A stretch of 64,000 nt of DNA. Source: Neoechinorhynchus agilis. Taxonomy: Eukaryota; Animalia; Acanthocephala. The notes under the pieces are model-generated. The model was not told where the DNA came from. It made no database searches and saw only the letters and a list, made by a program, of their open reading frames with translations. The position numbers and the translations under genes are program-made. Every line of letters begins with the position of its first letter. The first letter of the stretch is position 1. Below are positions 53,416-64,000 of this stretch, one piece after another. The DNA is taken from the NCBI GenBank assembly GCA_051530055.1, contig CM121341.1, forward strand, positions 7,418,784-7,482,783, in the 5' to 3' direction.

Positions 53416-54264
53416 TTCTTTAATAATGAATCTCAGAAATTTTGTCTTGGATTGAGTGTTGCTATCTATATTACCTTGGTTGCTTCAGAATGACCATGAG
53501 AAATTAAAATTTTGTTTCAATCAAAAAGAGAAACTCGTTATCGTGTTAAATCGTTTCTCTTCGAATTGAGATTTGCTCATCTTTATGGTCGAGTATATCA
53601 ATATCCAGGTTTTTACTATAGTTTGGTTAGGCGACAGTTCCCTGAGAAGAAGTTTGTACACCCTTTTATAAGAGCAATTCACTAAGATTGTCCAATGCTT
53701 ACCGTTGTTAAAATCTCTGTTGGCAAAAAGCGTCAGTATACTTAGTCATTCTTGTAGGCAAAAATGTTTTAAGATCTTAAGTAATCAACGACTCAAACGA
53801 ATCTCTATTGTACCTTTTCTCCATCTTATTTTAATTATATGAATTCAAGTGTGATTTTACCGACATTTATACGTTAACAAATGATGAACTTGAAAATGAA
53901 CTCAATGCCGATAATATGAAGTGGCCGTAAACGATCCTTTAGTGTAGCAATGAAATATTGTAGATTAAATGCAAATTTTCGATTGATTTTTTGCTTTCTA
54001 TCAAAATATTCGCTATCTTTTTAAGCGGCCCATAAATCGAATACTGAAATTCGCTTGTAAATAGTCCACTTTCAAAGAAATTCTCACTACGACGTTTCTA
54101 TAAGAATTTTTAGCAAACATAGGGAAAGTTACGCTTCAAAATCAATCATGTTTGGCTGGCTGGTCACTTGAATTTAACTTTCTGAGATCTGCATAAAAAC
54201 TAAATTCTTCTTATTAGTTCGCCGGTTTTAGAATTTCGCCCTTAAAGGAAACTCATTGAGACTT

Positions 54265-57246
54265 TCATCTTTTATAATGAAATTTAACTTTCAACATGTA
54301 TTTCATCTTAATTTGAGATACATCGTATACGATAAATTCGTTATACTGCAGAACCAGTTTTTGGCCAGTACTTTTATTTTGACGCTCAATCAATGGCCCA
54401 AAATGCATCTTCGTCCCAGACGGTCTAAACATTGTGTTAAACCCTGCAAAGAATGTTGAACGTCCTTACGTTATAACCGTCTTTGATTCATCAGGAATGA
54501 TTTTACCCAGTGCTCGGACACTTTGTCGATCTGTGGGTAACTTTTTCGGAAAATCATACTGTGCATTGGTTTGGTCGTACATTTCACCCAGTGACACCTG
54601 AATAGCAGCAATCCAAAGTCGATCATCCATTAAGCATTCATTTTAAACAAACCTCTGCTAATAACAGTATTCCAACATCGCTAGATGGCGAAGTACAACA
54701 GTAATTTGAACTTTTGCTTGAACAGTCTGCAAAATAGACTCCCTTTCCAAACTAACGAAATGATGGTTGATAAAGAAGAGATTTTTATAAAACGTTAAAT
54801 CTTATTTACCATGTAGCCCGTAACTGGCGCTTCGGGAGGAGCGATTCTAAGCCCTTGACTCACGATACCCGCCCAATTCATCAATCGCGATCCATGATAT
54901 AACAAGAACTTATTCTTTCCCAAATCGCGAAACTTAGTTTGTTCGCTTTCTCGCTCCACCTCAAACAAATCCAACAATTCAAGAGTGTACTGACTGTGAG
55001 TGAAACCGTGAGTGGATTTAAGGCATCTTTCAATCAATTTGAAATCTTCTGCATCGGAGTCAATCGGTTGCAACCGGCATTTAAGTTGTTTGTATCGTTT
55101 ATCTGAATAGTGAGGAATCATTGCCATTAAAAAAAGAACGAGCGGCTCAAAACTAAATGTAATAACTAAACTCACTAAGAAAAAAGCGGAGAATTTTCAA
55201 TACCATTAACAGTCTTTTGGTATCAATAATTTTACGACATACTTGACTCCGTCGGAAAAGAAAGTCCTGATTTATCGATAATGAGCAGGAAAAATAACAC
55301 CACTTGGCGTTCTAATCGGCTATGCGTTTATCATAATATACACAAACTGTGCTAATATATACGAATTTCTTCGAAATAAGAATCTATCCGACAAACTTCG
55401 TGGCATCCAGGAAAATCAAACAGGCATAACCATGAAATAGTTTTAGCTTCAATTGAGAATAAATCGTAAATTATGTGCAATATTACCTATTGGATTTTCA
55501 TTTGTGAGCGTATCCACGAAAACCTTGACAGCAGCTTCGGCGTCCGTTAAAGCCTAAGGTAATAAATTTTTGTCTTAGCTTTTAGATTGGCAGTTAGGCT
55601 AACGTCGAGCAGCAATATCTCACACTTTATGGCCTCCAAAGTTGCTATAACTGGCGGTGTTCTCATGCTAAATTTTGAGGCGAATAATATGAAAAATGAG
55701 CGATCGAAACTGACCCGAAAATATGTGGAATGCGAGTATAATATAAACCTGACGCTACAGTCAGCTCGCTTCTGGCCGCATTTCTCTGAATGAGATCTTC
55801 GATATCCTTTAAAGCGGCGTATCCTTGTTTAATTTGATCGCGACTAAGCTTCCCCAGAGGAGAACGCTTCACGTCGAAATTTAATTCCTTAAGGGAATTC
55901 TCGATTGAACCAATGTTACATATCATCTCAATAAAACTTTGAAGTCGTTTGTCCAACGTCGATTCAGGAACTTTGATGTTTGTTATTCTGGGCACCAAAG
56001 CAGCATCATCCTATTATAATGGGTTCTTTAACTCAAATATCAAACTGTTTGCTGGCACCTTTGCTTCACTTTCAAAATCACGTAATAGCAAATCATATTT
56101 TCTTGGGAATTTAACGAAATCTTTGTCCAAAATGCACCCAGGCCATTTGTTATTTGTCTTTGATTCAAATCTACAGAAAAGAGATTAACATTTTGCGGTA
56201 TTGAGAACTTAATTGCTCAGCCGAGAATTTCCGATGTGAACATTTCCTCATCAGCAAAATCATTTATCGAAAAATTATTACTCGTATCCTAACAGATTAA
56301 GCTCGATATTATTTGTCGTCGCGTTAAGAATATCCCTTAATCACTAACTAATCCTTGCCACAAAGATTCAAATCTCTTAAGTAGTGCACAATGAGATCGC
56401 CATCCTCAATGTGCGATAGAATGGCAGTAGAGGAAATGTGATTGGACAAGTATCGAGATCTTACTTCTGACAAAAATTGGATTTGGCGTGCTCGACATCG
56501 TTAGTATACGCAGTTTTTGAACTTTGTCCATTGGCACCAACCCGACCCCATCTATATCCGCCATTCGCAGCTGCCCAGTAATAGTAAAAATGAAAATTAG
56601 TCGCAATATTTTTGGTTGATTGAAAGCGTGGTTAAACATTCCTAAAATTTAAATACTGCTGGCTACGAATAGCGGATTTACACCAAACGCAGAATTGCCC
56701 AGATTTATCCTTCTTGAGCAATTGAATCAAGTAAAATTTGTTATTGTTTGAATCAATGTTTGTCTAGTTAAAGTCGAACTTGGTTTAAAGACAGCGTGGA
56801 TGGCTTTTTCTAACCTGATTAAGCATACAATCATAGACTACACCGTCAATGTCTTGAAAGATTGTATGATTATCCCCATGCTTTTCCACGAAAACTGAAT
56901 CGAGTGGTACATTACCTTTAAACTTAATCTTTTTCATTTCCGGTTCCTCCGCGCAATCTTCCTTTATTTTTGCCCCATTTGTTTCGATTTCCTTGGCGCA
57001 TTCGATTCTTTTTAAAAGTAGAACTTTTTGACTACCATCCGGCATGTCGATTTTACCCATTAGATCGGTAAAATCAACGACAAACTGTTCCGTTTTGACA
57101 GTGATTGTCCCTGACTCATTAATTTCATTCATCTGATCAGCGTTCACATCCTGCCAATCGATGCAACCTTGGAATTTATACTGCCATAATGTAAGGATCT
57201 TGGACGACGTCTTCCTTTGGACCTCTCGTTTCTTGGCTCTAGCCAT
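54265..57246 (-). CDS. Poly(ADP-ribose) polymerase, PARP2-like (WWE-like, WGR, regulatory, catalytic)
   Basis: [55 protein letters not shown] (H-Y-E triad intact). Confidence 0.9.
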
Positions 57247-57479
57247 AACTTTGATTTGATGAAGGACTTAAATCTTAAGGTACGAGGACTTTATGTCGAA
57301 CGTTCGAATGAATCATTCCTTAGTTTGACAAGAAGGAAAACGTCGGTGGTGTGCTTAGTATGTCAACTACGACAATTTAAAATCATTTTTAATATGGCGG
57401 AAAAATTCAAAGAATTTATTGATTCCTCCACTTAAACAAGATTGTGCCGAAATATCGGAATCAATAAAATTTTTTAATT

Positions 57480-58295
57480 TTTCCTCCACATTAAAAAACA
57501 TAAATAATTAAAAATCCATCAGCAAGCAAATCATTGTTCAATCAACTTATCTTAAGATTATTTGAATTTAAACTTAAAAACAAATAAATTCCGTCGATTT
57601 TTCCTCCACATTAAAAAACACGAACAATTCAAAATCCATCAGCAAATTATTGTTCAATCAACTTATCTTAAGATTATTTGAATTTAAACTTAGAAACAAA
57701 TAAATTCCGTCGATTTTTCCTCCACATTAAAAAACACGAACAATTCAAAATCCATCAGCAAATCATTGTTCAATCAACTTATCTTAAGATTATTTGAATT
57801 TAAACCTAGGAACAAATAAATTCCGTCGATTTTCCTCCACATTAAAAAACACGAACAATTCAAAATCCATCAGCAAATCATTGTTCAATCAACTTATCTT
57901 AAGATTATTTGAATTTAAACTTAAAAACAAATAAATTCCGTCGATTTTTCCTCCACATTAAAAAACACGAACAATTCAAAATCCATCAGCAAATTATTGT
58001 TCAATCAACTTATCTTAAGATTATTTGAATTTAAACTTAGGAACAAATAAATTCCGTCGATTTTCCTCCACATTAAAAAACACGAACAATTCAAAATCCA
58101 TCAGCAAATCATTGTTCAATCAACTTATCTTAAGATTATTTGAATTTAAACTTAGGAACAAATAAATTCCGTCGATTTTCCTCCACATTAAAAAACACGA
58201 ACAATTCAAAATCCATCAGCAAATCATTGTTCAATCAACTTATCTTAAGATTATTTGAATTTAAACTTAGGAACAAATAAATTCCGTCGATTTTT
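57480..58295. repeat. Tandem array, 115-116 bp unit, ~7 copies
   Basis: CCTCCACATTAAAAAAC at 57483, 57603, 57719, 57834, 57950, 58065, 58180. Confidence 0.95.
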
Positions 58296-59192
58296 CGACC
58301 AAAAACCAACTTCGTCAAAAAAAATCTTCAAACAAAATAATTAAAGAAAAAACGGAAATCATGCTAAGATGTTTTTATGATGATTTGCTCGATATCCAAC
58401 GAATAAAAAGGCAAACAGATACCAGCAATAACGCCAGTTCAAATTTTTTAAAGATACTCTGAAATCAAGAATCAGACTTGGACGGATAACGAAGTCGGGG
58501 TGAAGGTTTAGACGGCACGAAAGTAGCGTATAACGCACACAATTAGTCCATTTACTTTTGTCGTTCCATTTTAAGAAGGATTTCAAAATTATAAGATTAT
58601 TTTATCGTTAGTTTTCGACTTTTTAGTGACAAATTTGGAATTTTACGACGAGAAGATTTTTGTTTTCTTACAAAGGAAAATTCGAATAATTCATTAAATA
58701 CAATATTTCAACACATTCGTGGCGCAATAATAACCTCAGATTATTTTCTGGAACTTTTTGAGCTTCAATTTAACTAACCAGTTGATACACGAAGTCGCCA
58801 TCATATCGAAAACTCATTTATTTGCGTGTACTTTGTTTGCAGCTCATTCGTAGTTCTGCAGTCAAAGAAACTTTAAGATTTAAGCACTCGCTTTTTTTGT
58901 ATTATCCAATTTAGTCTATTCTAAGAAATTTAAATCAAGCAACCGCTCTGGATCACTCATTTGCCGTCCTGGTGTAATCGTTCAAAGGACGGTTGCTCGT
59001 TGCTATTAATTTAACGGATGATTTGCGTTCAATTGGTGCAGGTTTTCTGTTTCGTTTTTTTTCGGATATTAAATGGTGATTCTGTTAAAGAGATCAGAAT
59101 TCGTAGTATGCATAATCACGTTAGTTTTTATTTTTTTATTTTATTCGACCAAATGATGGACTCTATCCTCCTTCTTCAAGCTGATAATTTTG

Positions 59193-59645
59193 AAATCTAA
59201 AGTACGAATCCCTCTTTTTATGATTTAAACAAATTATATCCCATAAAATGTGAATGATCCACCATTTCCTCCAAGCGGTCGACCGGATGATGGGCTCTAT
59301 TTACCTTCCCCGTTTCGATTATTTATAAATCTAAAGTACGAATCGCTCTTCTTATGATTTAAACGAATTATATCCCATAAAATGTGAATGTTCCACAATT
59401 TCCTCCAAGCGGTCGACCGAATGATGGGCTCTATTTACCTTCCCCGTTTCGATTATTTATAAATCTAAAGTACGAATCGCTCTTTTTATGATTTAAACGA
59501 ATTATATCCCATAAAATGTGAATGTTCCACAATTTCCTCCAAGCGGTCGACCGGATGATGGGCTCTATTTACCTTCCCCGTTTCGATTATTTATAAATCT
59601 AAAGTACGAATCGCTCTTCTTATGATTTAAACGAATTATATCGTA
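59193..59645. repeat. Tandem array, 134 bp unit, ~3.3 copies
   Basis: AAATCTAAAGTACG at 59193, 59327, 59461, 59595. Confidence 0.95.
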
Positions 59646-60225
59646 TAACATTAAGCGGAAATGAAGCATAAAATCGACGTTCCGCTGGTTTTATTTTCGG
59701 GTACTTGCGGAATAATTGGCTCTTGCTAACGAATGACTTGGTTTGTGTATGAAAAATCGGTCAAAAAATGCGATTCCCTTAGGATAGCGATTTGTATGTT
59801 GGCACATTGTTTGACGGTTAATGGCGCATAAAATATCTTAAGTAACAAAGCATCCTTCCACATATTTTAAATGAGCCCTTCTTTATGATGTAATGGATCG
59901 ATATTATATCAGCATTTAAAGAAGACAGTCTAAGAGGGAATGCAACAGTCGTTCTGTTGTTAAACGGAAATGGGTTTATTTCTTTTAGTGCCATATTTGG
60001 TTTTATAATCAAATGTATACACCATGGTCTATACAAAAGGAAACCCGAAAATTCGCACAACCTCTGAGACATAATGGAGTCTGTAGAAAAGAATCGAAAT
60101 CTAATTATAGCCCACATTCCTTTACTGTGTTTTCACAGCGATCATTTTTGTATCTCCGTTGCGACTAGCATGCAAACAGAGAAAACCCAAACTAAATGCG
60201 TTGATGAAGTGCTTTGACTATTACC

Positions 60226-62422
60226 ATGAAACGAAAAAGTAGACGCACTCTGATCTTGGTGATCTCTATATCCATCTATTTAACTATTGGTGCTTTTCTT
60301 TTCAAACAGGCGGAGTTCGAGAATGCACGGAAACAACGAAACGCTTGGCAAAAACAAGTTAAAGAGTTTAAGCGTGTTTACAACCTCAGTGAAGATCAAT
60401 TCAAAGAGATCGTGAAACTCTTAAAACTTCAAAAACTGGTAGAAGCCCAGTGGGACTATGTCGGATCCTTTTACTTCGTTTCGGTAGTGCTAACACTTGT
60501 TGGTAAGTGAAGCTTAGTGTTTTTTTGTCTTGTAGTGTGAAGAATTATTGCTTCCTATTTTCAATTTTTTGCTCTTAATCCGGGTTTTGTGACAGGTTTA
60601 GTTTGCTTCATTATAATCCTCACAATGTGCATTTTCTTTGCTAATTTGTTATTCCATCAGGAAGCAGCTGAAAGGTTTCGTGTTACATACTTAGATGATA
60701 TATCATAGTGAAAGGATTGATATCCTCATCGAAAACGTCTAAATATCCCATCACTTTATATCAATGATAAGTAGTCCGTCTCGATAATCGTCAAAAACTT
60801 AAAACAATGCTCAGTTTTATGTAACTGTTCGTTATTTTACCAATTAATTTTCCCAAATAGGTTATGGACATCAGACACCAAAAACACAACTTGGAAAAGT
60901 GGCTTTAATGATTTAATCGAGAAGGGCGTTTTCACGGGCCAATGATGGAGCTAAACCACATTACTCTTAATTGATCCACTAAGTCATAAAGTGTAGCCAT
61001 GTCCAGCGAGCTAGAAAATATCAACGTTGGAACCCTTAGATCTCAGTGACTAATAAAAACGTTCTCGAAAAGTACTCGCAATTTAAGCTAAAAAATTATG
61101 TCAATATAAGCCCATCCTTTCTTTTTCTTAGTTTTTCCAACTGGGATGCAAAAATTCACTGATTTATTTCCCCGATATTTTACGTCGAATAATTCTGACA
61201 TTTCCCCAAGGTTTTTCATCGTTTGGAACTAGATGAAAGGAAGTTCCGGATTGGCAAAAGAAAGTATCTTTTGAAAATGTCGATATGCGAGGTACCGGGG
61301 AATGTGATTTGGATTATTGTTTAGTTCTACACCTCGACAAACAAACTGATGATGAACCCGACGAGGTTCGAAACGTCTTTAATAAATAATCATTACCGGA
61401 TGAAGGCTTCTAAACAATAATTCTAAAGTATCTTTTCCTCCGAACATACGCCAGTGGCGTTGATTCTAGTTTTTATCTTTAAATTAATCATCGATAAAAA
61501 ATCCTTCGGGTTAGTCATAGTATGATTTTTGTGAAAATACTCCCGGAAATAGCATATTTGATTTATTGGAGATATTTCGAAGGAGGTAACCTCGCTTCAT
61601 CAGTCATTGTAATTCAAAGGGACTCGCAAAATATCTCCACCAAAATCATATCTTTGTCTATAAACGTTAAAAAGCGTTGAAGAAGGGCCCTTCTCGAACA
61701 TTGTTTGGTTGGAATTCCCCTTTCACTAAGTGTATTACAAATGATCGGCGAAGGAATGAACACGCTGGTAGTTCAGGTGATAAGTTCACTAAAAAAACGA
61801 ATGATCCGACGAATGAAAATCGAAGGAGAGAATTTAGTGAGCGTGATTGAGCTGGTAATAAGTGAAGGAATTCTTATGTCGTCTATGGTGTGCATAGGAT
61901 CTTACTACTTTAAACGGCACGAAAAATGGACACTGCTGGATTCAGTCTATTACTCCATAACCACGTTTACGACAATTGGATTCGGTGATTTTGTCCCTCT
62001 ACGGCGCAGGCGATCTCTGTGGTATCTTTGGACTGGGGATAAAGAGAAATAGGGCGTGAAGCGTTTCCTTGGTGGGGAGATTAACGGGAATCATTACGCG
62101 ATATCCAGAGAATTCTGTATCTAGCGGTCACGTAATATTCTCGATATCATTCCTCTTAACCGGACTAACGATTGCAGCTTCTCTATCTAACCTTTTGGTG
62201 CGGAATTTGATAGCGTTTTATAATGAGGAAAAAATGCTCGAAGCATTGAGGAAGCAAGCCGCGCTCAAGATCCATTTAAACATGATTGCAGCTGCAACTC
62301 TGAACATTCGAACAGAAGGACCATTCAGCGGCAGGCATCATCGCGGAGCGATTACTCTTGATCAGAAGGAAATCGGTATGAGGAAAAAGAAACGAAAGCG
62401 GTTTACAAAAATCATGCGATGA
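60226..62422 (+). CDS. Two-pore-domain K+ channel, TASK-like
   Basis: MKRKSRRTL, W..GSFYF, spliced LVGYGH, VGIPL, SVYYSITTFTTIGFGDFV, LLTGL; M2 exon interrupted by a 783 bp element. Confidence 0.85.
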
Positions 62423-62454
62423 AATATACACTAATATTTATCTATAAAAAGAGA

Positions 62455-63758
62455 TTAAACTTCATCAGCCGCTCTTCGAATAATATTGCGAGCCATATAA
62501 ATATCATTTGGGTCATCGACTCCATTTGCTCCGCCGTAATGAGTTGACATTGCTCCAGTTGGATTCATGTTCACACCGGCACGGTGCATACTTCTTAGGG
62601 TGTCTGAACAATAAGTCGGTCTTCCAAGGGTTGCTCTTCGCATTGTTAGAAGCGGACTAGAAGCTAGTCCGCCATTCCCGGATTGATATATATGCTAAGC
62701 ATTTGGACTTATTTTTGGTTGAAAATTGACTGAAACACTCGAACCTGCTGTTGGTTTGACATTCCAGGGTTGAGAAGACGTCTTACGGCGTTAGGGTTGG
62801 AGTTAAACTTTCCGTACGATTGAGTAAATGCGCAAGGTTGACAGCATTGAGACCAAGCAAAAGTTAAAATGGCACTTGCAAAGGCAAGAAGAGATTGAAC
62901 AAGAGCAAGTATTAAGATGGCGAAAGGTACAAAGTCCCATAATGTTAAGGCCTTCTCAGAACTTCTAAAAGAAATTGAATAGGGGCAACTTATATTAAGA
63001 ATACATTAAAATGCTCTCACTTGTCGCTTAATAAAAAGGATTTCTGACTCGATCTTGATTGAGTTACTGAAAAAAGGTCGAGGACGACGAATACGATGTA
63101 TACGATGGAAGCTGCGAAGGTCATCAAAAGACTTACACATACCAGTACCACCTAAATACACCAAATTAAAGAAAAATTGATTGACAAAAAGGTGAGTTAA
63201 TTCGGTTGATCATTACAATCAAGTCTTTCTGAATGTTAACATGTAGACAGAAGCAAAGAAACTCTAAATCCTCGCTCCAGTTTTAGGGGAAATCAGTAAA
63301 TCACAAATTTCTGAGTATATTACCTCCTATTTCATGTAAACCAATTGAATATTTTACACAACTACGAAAATCATTTCCAAAATGAAAGGCAATAAATTTC
63401 AAGTATGATTAGGAGAAATCCACTAGATGCAAACAAAACTACAGAATAAAGAAACTAATTGAGAATAAAAGAGCCTTACAGTGCACGGTTTCCTTGTTCC
63501 ACAATACAGTATGCCAAACATGAATGGAATGAGTGTCTAAATAAAAAATTAAAGATTTACGTTCATTTTTTAAAGACTGATTACCATTCCAGCGGACCAC
63601 TCTGGATACAGAAACCATTGGAAGTGGATAGGTTGTACGTATCTCATAGCAAGGCTCATCATCACTTGTACAAGGCCAATGAGAAATAGAAACGCTGTTG
63701 TAATGCAGATAGTTTCGGATTGAACGAATACACGATGTGAGATTCCTCGGTTTTTCAT
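62455..63758 (-). CDS. Probable CD20/MS4A-like multi-pass membrane protein
   Basis: Hydrophobic exons LIGLVQVMMSL..YPEWSAG, VVLVCVSLLMTFAASIVYIVF, AILILALVQSLLAFASAILTFAWSQCC; middle exon unresolved. Confidence 0.4.
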
Positions 63759-64000
63759 TATCTAACTTCTAGAACTTGAGAGTTAAGACGTGTTTAGAAG
63801 AACCAGGGAATCTGATGTAATGGCAGAATAATTCTGACCATGACGAAAGTGACAGTGGAGAGAGAGGTCTATAATTATAGTTTATACGAGGCGCCTGGAG
63901 GAAAGAGGATATCTAGACAAACAGCCATATCCAACTCTCCTTGCGAGTGCGATGTGTGTGTACATTGAGTATACGGCGAGGATACTTCTCTCAAGAGAGA

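Noticed and set aside
14635-59645. CRISPR-like interpretation of the tandem arrays
   Set aside because: Units repeat in full with no unique spacers; no cas genes; eukaryotic context.
59193-59645. Hammerhead ribozyme in the 134 bp unit (CGAAAC on minus strand)
   Set aside because: No CTGANGA core at a suitable position.
10700-60916. Stop-codon reassignment (TAA as Tyr), suggested by TAA near expected Tyr positions in ADAT1 and K2P
   Set aside because: DPH4, CTDNEP1 and BLTP2 end with TAA at expected positions; the K2P case is explained by the insertion.

Overview
Eukaryotic genomic DNA from an AT-rich, gene-dense animal genome with mostly 30-60 nt GT-AG introns. The species cannot be named from the sequence. 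Recognisable genes: class A GPCR, ADAT1-like deaminase, COQ6, MRPS23, DPH4, BLTP2/hobbit with a probable nested Tctex1-like gene, tRNA-Glu, CTDNEP1, a WWE-WGR PARP, a TASK-like K2P channel and a probable CD20-like protein. Between them lie degenerate 28S rDNA, several CRE-clade retrotransposon remnants, one RTE remnant, a MITE family and about eight tandem arrays. Most notable: conserved exons of PARP, BLTP2 (twice), K2P and COQ6 are interrupted by 45-783 bp segments with inverted-repeat ends and short direct repeats (mostly TA). Removing each segment plus one repeat restores frame and conserved motif, but the junctions are not GT-AG (shared reading A..A[T/C] in four cases). This suggests transposon-derived non-canonical introns or DNA-level excision. 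Gene models were hand-spliced and homologue comparisons are from memory, not database searches.
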